A DNA stretch of 64,000 bases from Psammoneis japonica (taxonomy: Eukaryota): assembly GCA_008632985.1 (NCBI GenBank), contig QPGO01000023.1, forward strand, positions 62,001 through 126,000, in the 5' to 3' direction. Shown here piece by piece: positions 59,709-64,000 of this stretch. The position numbers were made by a program, and so were the translations under genes. Each line of letters starts with the position of its first letter. The stretch's first letter is position 1. Below the pieces are notes generated by a model. It ran no database searches and had not been told where the DNA came from. It saw only the letters and a list, made by a program, of their open reading frames with translations.

Positions 59709-60289
59709 TCATGTCGGCCTTTGCCTTTTCAATCATTTCTCCGAGTTCTCCGCTTTGGTACATCTGTATAAAGAGGACGAGGGAAAGAAGAAAAGCTGAG
59801 GAAAGGCGATAAACCTTTAACTACACCTGCAAAACAATACACGACACTACTCACTTCAATCATGATATCGCTTCCACCAATAAACTCTCCGCACAGATAA
59901 AACTGGGGAATAGTAGGCCATTGAGAGAAGGCCTTGACACCCTCACGAATGTTATCATCGCTTAGCACATCCACGGTATGAAAATCCAGATTAAAGGATT
60001 GAAGAATCTGAACCGCCGTGTTGGAGAATCCACATTGCGGAAACAGTTTGCTGCCCTTCATGAATAACAAAACGGGATGATTATCCACCAAGGCCTGGAT
60101 ACGCTCCTGTGTGTCTTCGGGTGTTTCTTGCGCAAAATCAGCGTCTGCCATTTTCAGCAAAGAGGATCGAGTGACAAAGGTCGTGGAGGGAACCACCGGT
60201 GCGAATGCCGAAACCTGAGTACTTCCCGTCATGATCACTAGCAGGCATGTAGCTGCACCGGCAAGAACATGAAGAATTGAACGGACCAT
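59709..60289 (-). CDS. Monothiol CGFS glutaredoxin, plastid-targeted
   Basis: LFMKG..LFPQCGFS, WPTIPQ and FIGGSDI motifs; signal peptide plus VSAFAP; intron about 59764..59854. Confidence 0.93.
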
Positions 60290-60837
60290 GGTGAGTGGTA
60301 ATAAGGCTAAGTTACAACAGCAGCGTGTGTGTTTGAGGTGCATGTGTGCACGGACATGGGCGGGTCGAGTGGCTCTTGCCTCCCGTAGAAATCAACGAAG
60401 GAAATCTACTACGAGATGACGTCATAGTGCTTTTTCGAAAACCGACGAGGAAATCGTCTATCGTCCGCCCGGAATTCGAGAATAAAGTAGATTGATGAAT
60501 TGATGCAACATGTGCGATTGTCAGCGGCATTCTTATTGTGGTACGCTATCTCTGCACATAATGCGTAAGTGGGCGGGAGTTGCTTTCGAATGAAGGCTTG
60601 CTTGCATACAAAATCCTTAGGGAAATGCTTTGGCGCACCTTTGCTCTCTGCTCTTTCACATGATGCGCGTCGCTTTGTTGTTCGGGAACTGCGACTTGAG
60701 TAGCGCTGTCAAGAGTCAAAGCGGCCGGGTTCTCATTCGCGACTTTTCGCAACAAACAGTCCGAAGAAGCAAATCAGACTTGCGAGTAGTTCGCAACCAA
60801 GGAATCACAATTTGTACACACTGTCAATAAGAGGCCC

Positions 60838-63800
60838 ATGAACGTTCCCATCATTCCTGAAGATCTTTTCGGTTTTCTCTCAGGAAGCCAGATTATGAGA
60901 CTGTCTGAAATTTCACCTCGCCAACGTCTCGCAACCGTTCCGCAAAAGCACAATCCCTCTCCATCCAATAGCAACGCTCTGATTTACATATTTGTGTCAC
61001 ATCGATGGGAGTTGCAAGGAAGCCCTGATGCAAGCAGAAAGCAGCTTCGGACACTACAAGGCTGGCTGCGCCTGGTGGAAGAGCTAGTGCTATCAACAAT
61101 ATCCCCGACGGGCGACCATCTAACGTCATGGCCTAATAATTTAGTGGATATGGTGGAAGGTATGCCGCAAGCTACTTCCCTGGTCGCAAGGATCAGGGAA
61201 ACGGTGACCAAAAAAGAAAACGGAAAAGTAATGCTGCAAAATTGTTTGGACCACATCTGGCTTTGGTACGACTGCGCTTGCTTACCACAGAATTTCCCAG
61301 TAAGACGGACGAAGGAGGAGCAAGTAGAGTTTTCTACTGCGCTGCAGTACCTGGATGGTTTGGTTTCGCAGTGTGAGCTGCTATGTCTCCGAACGCTAGG
61401 AGACGACTATGAGGAACGAGCTTGGTGTTCATTAGAACACTTTCAAAAATCTCTCTCCAAAGTCAGTAGCGAGATTGAGTTAAACTGCGACAAATTCCTC
61501 GGTCAATCACGGGTGCAGTGGATCTGGCCTGTGGAACCCCCTCATGTTTTTCCAACGGACACATCAGCCGGGGCGTTGAGAGAGCTGGGTGCTCACTTTC
61601 TGTCGCTTCAACTGGAGCATGCCAGAATGGATCAGGAGGATGCTAGTGACGCGCAAGAATTGCAGACACTCCAGCTATCGGTTGAACAAAAAGGTTGGGA
61701 GCTGTTTATGAACAATAAGACTCGATGTCGTGTGCCTGATCTTTCAAAAGCCATCGTGGAAATGCGTGAAATGTCGGTACCTGGGATAGGAGGAATGCCA
61801 CCACTACTGGAGGCAATGGAAAAAGTCGTGGGAGAGCTACAATGGGCGACATTCGCCATGTCGTGCAGAGATGCGGCGGCACTCCACAAAGTGCCGGTTC
61901 CCGCGAACTACAATGAATGCATCCCCAATGTTGGAATACGTTGCGGCCTACACTGCCCTGAGACTGCACTAAATCAGGACAGTCTCCATCATTGCATTGA
62001 ATCTTGTACCGAGAGGCTCAAATTCGACATCAAGGTGTCTGATGGAACTACATCTCAGCTCGTCTGCCCGTCTGGCCATGCTCTACAACCATGCGTGGCA
62101 CCCACATCGCTAAGGTGCGACTCATCATCACAGTGCCAGCTCCAACGGCGAGAAATTGTTGCCGGGGATGTGCATGCCACCTGTAAGGATTGTGACTTCG
62201 ACATTTGTTTTCAATGTTCTTTGACTTTATCGAAGCAGACCTTTTCCCGGGAATTTGGCAGCTCATCTCAGGAAGCCTTTGATACTCTGCTACAAATCTG
62301 TGGTGTAGAGTCCGCCGATGTATCCCACCCTACAAATGATGCTGACTACCATTCAGCAGAAAGTCTCACTGAACGCAGGGTCACACTTGATCTCTATGAT
62401 CTTGTGAAATCGCTTTTGCTGCGATACAACCAGCGGTGCTCCAATGACGGCGACGTTGCATTCGTTGGTCTGCTCGCATTGAGAAACCTCCTTGGAAAGG
62501 AAATCCAAGCTCGTCGTCCGAAGCAACTTGGTGCGGGTGTACTATTTCATGTCCGGAATTTGGCAAGAACATCTGTTGATATTCTTTCCTCCAAAATTGC
62601 TGGAAACGAAACCATTACCTCGCTCCCCGTCACAGTCATTCTGAAGCTCCCACGATGGGTCCTGCTCGATTTGGCCAATGCGCAGACGCTCCGAAAGGGT
62701 TACTTACGGAATCGCCAGGGCGGATTTTTCTTTGGCACGAAAGCACTTTGCTACCTCAACAGCCACCCAGAGAGCATCTCATTTGTGTTCGACCAGAGCG
62801 CAGTTAAGAAGGGGACCCTTCTTCCACACCAATTTTGTGTCGTCAGAGAATTATGCAACTTCGGTTGGGCGCCCTGTTCGCACAAAGATGGGAAATATAT
62901 GCACCTGTATATGGGATCGACTCTGCACGCACGATCGACACTAGATGAATGGGCTACTACTGACTTACCCACGCCAACTGCGGTCTTTGGATGTGTTGCT
63001 GCAGTTGGTCGTATATTTGTTTTGGGCGGCGCTACCGGTGATGAAGATCCTGATACGAAAACTTACACAACTTGTAGTGCCAAGGTATATATTGCTAGGT
63101 CACCATTTACCATCAGAGAACATGGCAAGGTTTGGGACGAAGGCGCCAGTCTTATCGAAGCACGACGCGAACTTGGAGCCTGTTTGCTCCGAGACCAAGC
63201 TGGATCTCCGAGGGCAATTCTAGTAGGAGGCGGCTGCGGAACCACTATTCCTGGTGTTACGGCTCCAAGGCTTACTTCCTTGGAGATTTTTTGGTTTGAC
63301 CGGGAGACATGGGAGCCCTATCCCGTTGTGATGCCATGTTCAAGAGTGAGGCATCACATGGTCGAAAGCAATGGATCACTCTTCATCTTTGGTGGCAAGA
63401 CTGAGGAGCCCTGCGAAGGTCAAGACTGTGACATCTTGAATCTCGAGCACTTGGTCTGGCTTAAGGGTCCCGTTCTTCCCATCCCCCTGTACGTGGGCTC
63501 TTTGGTAGTGGTACGAGATCAGTTTGCTGTATTGTTTGGGGGAGTGGAAGAAACTGGTGATGCCCCACGTGCGTACGGGTACTCGTGGGTACTAAATTTG
63601 AAGCCTTGGAGCGAATGGAGCATGCAAGGCGGTGCAGAAGAGCATAGACCTGATGCAGTGTGGACCCAGGGTCCTGCTTTGCCTGTACCTTCGATGTATC
63701 CAAACATTTGCGTGGCGCCTGCTTTGGAAACAGGCTTGTCCCATGATTGGGTGTTAATGGTTTCTCCCCTTGAATTAGGGAACTACTGTTTCGGTCTCTG

Positions 63801-64000
63801 TCTCGGTGACCCAACAGATAGTCCGGACTATTGGCTGAGTTTACGATGGCACAGGCTTGGAGCGACACCAGAATGCATAACCATGGGTGCAGTCATTGTT
63901 TCAAACCGAATGCTTGCAATCATTGGTGGCGTGAGTGTTGTCCCTGGTAATTGGGCATCAAAGCATGTACATTTTCGGATCTTGTCTTCGGCATGCGAAT
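60838..64000 (+). CDS. Long ORF (>1050 aa, runs off the window): HET-like domain, Cys-rich zinc finger, Kelch repeats
   Basis: Hand translation from ATG 60838 shows no stop: FVSHRW..SPD, WLWYDCACLPQ, YEERAWCSLE; CPSGHAL...CKDCDFDICFQC; IFVLGG, LFIFGG, VLFGG and AIIGG. Absent from the ORF track because it has no stop in the window. Confidence 0.82.
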   Translation, partial: MNVPIIPEDLFGFLSGSQIMRLSEISPRQRLATVPQKHNPSPSNSNALIYIFVSHRWELQGSPDASRKQLRTLQGWLRLVEELVLSTISPTGDHLTSWPNNLVDMVEGMPQATSLVARIRETVTKKENGKVMLQNCLDHIWLWYDCACLPQNFPVRRTKEEQVEFSTALQYLDGLVSQCELLCLRTLGDDYEERAWCSLEHFQKSLSKVSSEIELNCDKFLGQSRVQWIWPVEPPHVFPTDTSAGALRELGAHFLSLQLEHARMDQEDASDAQELQTLQLSVEQKGWELFMNNKTRCRVPDLSKAIVEMREMSVPGIGGMPPLLEAMEKVVGELQWATFAMSCRDAAALHKVPVPANYNECIPNVGIRCGLHCPETALNQDSLHHCIESCTERLKFDIKVSDGTTSQLVCPSGHALQPCVAPTSLRCDSSSQCQLQRREIVAGDVHATCKDCDFDICFQCSLTLSKQTFSREFGSSSQEAFDTLLQICGVESADVSHPTNDADYHSAESLTERRVTLDLYDLVKSLLLRYNQRCSNDGDVAFVGLLALRNLLGKEIQARRPKQLGAGVLFHVRNLARTSVDILSSKIAGNETITSLPVTVILKLPRWVLLDLANAQTLRKGYLRNRQGGFFFGTKALCYLNSHPESISFVFDQSAVKKGTLLPHQFCVVRELCNFGWAPCSHKDGKYMHLYMGSTLHARSTLDEWATTDLPTPTAVFGCVAAVGRIFVLGGATGDEDPDTKTYTTCSAKVYIARSPFTIREHGKVWDEGASLIEARRELGACLLRDQAGSPRAILVGGGCGTTIPGVTAPRLTSLEIFWFDRETWEPYPVVMPCSRVRHHMVESNGSLFIFGGKTEEPCEGQDCDILNLEHLVWLKGPVLPIPLYVGSLVVVRDQFAVLFGGVEETGDAPRAYGYSWVLNLKPWSEWSMQGGAEEHRPDAVWTQGPALPVPSMYPNICVAPALETGLSHDWVLMVSPLELGNYCFGLCLGDPTDSPDYWLSLRWHRLGATPECITMGAVIVSNRMLAIIGGVSVVPGNWASKHVHFRILSSACE

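Overview
Eukaryotic nuclear DNA, most likely from a diatom. This is inferred from short GT-AG introns, a bipartite VSAFAP plastid signal, an NTT-type nucleotide transporter and a diatom-like Gypsy gag. About 18 host genes are present: HSF factor, NadD-NIT fusion, ankyrin, EF-hand, SnoaL-like, NTT, Cys-rich membrane protein, 2OG oxygenase, N-carbamoylputrescine amidase, enoyl-CoA hydratase, methyltransferase, multidomain PNGase, eIF5B, CGFS glutaredoxin, a HET-like/Zn-finger/Kelch ORF and a few unassigned membrane proteins. Between them lie five sharply bounded tracts (~1210-3060, ~6228-7799, ~26450-29740, ~35450-45500, ~50080-54740; roughly a third of the window) in which the TpA dinucleotide has been almost erased and replaced by TpG/CpA. 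Paired repeat copies, the two LTRs of a full-length Ty3/Gypsy element, and systematic Tyr->Cys/His changes in conserved motifs (RT YIDD->CIDD) all point to directional T:A->C:G hypermutation at TpA. It is aimed at transposons and dead gene duplicates, it runs opposite to fungal RIP, and it appears more complete than CpG decay. This is the candidate undescribed genome-defence system. Its mechanism cannot be read from sequence, and a sequencing artefact must be excluded. Also found: a ~390-bp structured TIR element family with 4-bp TSDs and possible target preference, plus several unusual domain fusions. All alignments and counts were done by eye.
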